A DNA stretch of 6,934 bases, taken from IMG/VR virus record IMGVR_UViG_2681813271_000015; one strand, given 5' to 3'. The position numbers and the translations under genes are program-made. The DNA comes from a virus. Taxonomy: Duplodnaviria; Heunggongvirae; Uroviricota; Caudoviricetes. The notes under the pieces were generated by a model, which searched no databases, was not told the origin of the DNA, and saw only the letters and a program-made list of their open reading frames with translations. Shown one piece after another: positions 5,942 to 6,934 of this stretch; position 1 is the stretch's first letter; every line of letters starts with the position of its first letter.

Positions 5942-6934
5942 ATGACTGTAAAGGTGATAGACCTTTTTTGTGGTGCTGGCGGATTAACTCATGGTTTGCA
6001 GCTTGCGGGGCTTGATGTCGTTGCAGGCATTGACCTTGAGGGGGAATGTAGGTTTCCCTATGAAAGAAACAATAAATCTAAGTTTATTGAGCAAGATATC
6101 GCTAAAGTAACAAAAGAGGAACTGCTGAGGCTTTATGGTGATGCGTCTGTAAAAGTATTGGCAGGATGCGCACCTTGCCAACCTTTTTCAAAATATACTC
6201 AAGGAAAAGATAAGGCTGATGATAAAAAATGGCCTCTTCTTTATGAGTTCGAACGTTTAATTCGCGAAGTATCTCCAGAAATCGTAACAATGGAGAACGT
6301 TCCTGATGTAACTAAACATAAAGTTTATAATGATTTTTATAATTCATTGTTAAAGTTGGGCTATTATGTTTGGGCGTCTAAGATTGATTGTGTCGAATAT
6401 GGAATCCCACAAAACCGTTCCCGTCATGTATTGTTGGCCTCAAAATTGGGGGCGATTGAGTTAGTAAAACGTGACGATGTTATTTTGAAAACAGTTAGAG
6501 ATGCAATAGGAAATCTTCCTCCATTAGAAGATGGCCAAACAGATCCAAATGATATATTACATAGAGCCAGTAAATTAAATCCGATTAATAAAAAAAGAAT
6601 TATACACTCTGTTCCTGGTGGTACATGGAAGGACTGGCCGAAAGAGTTGGTTGCCGCTTGTCATATGAAATCCAGCGGTAAAGGGTATGCTAGTGTATAT
6701 GGGCGCATGTCTTGGGATAAGCCAAGTCCAACAATTACAACTCTTTGTTATGGTTTCGGGAATGGGCGTTTTGGACATCCANNNNNNNNNNNNNNNNNNN
6801 NNNNNNNNGGACATCCAGAACAGCATAGAGCGATTTCTCTTAGAGAGGCTGCTTTATTGCAAACTTTCCCGATGGATTATATTTTTGTAGAAGACAAAAA
6901 CAAGTTTGTTATAAGAAGTATTGGGAAAATGATA
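5942..6934 (+). CDS. DNA (cytosine-5)-methyltransferase, 3'-partial (continues beyond the window); not in supplied ORF track
   Basis: Read directly from the frame starting at 5942: MTVKVIDLFCGAGGLTHG... gives motif I FxGxGG (5966-5983), motif IV PCQ with catalytic Cys codon TGC at 6176-6178, motif VI ENV (6293-6301), motif VIII QNRSR (6410-6424), a ...RMSWDKPSPTITT block, and after the N gap motif X ...RAISLREAALLQTFPMDYIF (6827-6883). No in-frame stop to the window end (331 codons). The frame is preserved across the 27-N gap only if the gap length is real. Confidence 0.88.
   Translation, partial: MTVKVIDLFCGAGGLTHGLQLAGLDVVAGIDLEGECRFPYERNNKSKFIEQDIAKVTKEELLRLYGDASVKVLAGCAPCQPFSKYTQGKDKADDKKWPLLYEFERLIREVSPEIVTMENVPDVTKHKVYNDFYNSLLKLGYYVWASKIDCVEYGIPQNRSRHVLLASKLGAIELVKRDDVILKTVRDAIGNLPPLEDGQTDPNDILHRASKLNPINKKRIIHSVPGGTWKDWPKELVAACHMKSSGKGYASVYGRMSWDKPSPTITTLCYGFGNGRFGHPXXXXXXXXXGHPEQHRAISLREAALLQTFPMDYIFVEDKNKFVIRSIGKMI
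6782..6808. other. Masked/unknown sequence (27 N) inside the methyltransferase gene
   Basis: N run seen directly; flanked on both sides by the identical 9-mer GGACATCCA (6773-6781 and 6809-6817). Confidence 1.

Noticed and set aside
5984-6826. Minus-strand ORFs 5984-6181, 6102-6290 and 6575-6826 from the ORF track
   Set aside because: They lie antisense to a plus-strand frame with five canonical m5C-methyltransferase motifs in the right order. They are AT-rich antisense artefacts with no recognisable domains, and 6575-6826 runs through the N gap.
6687-6890. Plus-strand ORF 6687-6890 (67 aa)
   Set aside because: Alternate frame inside the methyltransferase gene; it spans the N gap and has no SD or motif support.
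1-6934. CRISPR array, tRNA/rRNA genes, IS elements or terminal inverted repeats
   Set aside because: No spaced direct repeats, no cloverleaf-like tRNA candidates and no transposase-like ORFs were seen on either strand; the only repeats are the operator 10-mers and the 9-mer flanking the N gap.

Overview
This window is the early region (lysogeny control plus replication) of a P2-like (Peduovirus-type) prophage. On the minus strand sit a tyrosine integrase (1-981) and a C-type repressor whose 3' half is hidden by an N-masked gap (1049-1334). A short control region (1404-1524) carries a consensus TTGACA -35 and two copies of the palindrome CCTATATAGG. The rightward early operon follows, tightly packed: cox, an orf78-like gene, B, orf80-like, orf81-like, a TraR/DksA-type C4 zinc-finger gene, orf83-like, and the large rolling-circle replication initiator A (3558-5855; HUH motif and paired tyrosines are readable). 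Directly after the A stop the composition turns AT-rich and a cytosine-5 DNA methyltransferase gene begins at 5942 and runs off the window. That gene is not in the supplied ORF track (no stop in the window, and a 27-N gap interrupts it), but motifs I, IV (PCQ), VI (ENV), VIII (QNRSR) and X are readable in one frame. It lies where P2 carries its tin/old accessory cargo, so it is the most likely entry point to a defence or modification module whose partners, if any, are beyond the right edge. No tRNA, rRNA, CRISPR array or IS element was recognised. Family assignments rest on motifs visible in the translations and on recalled similarity to P2 proteins; no database search was run.
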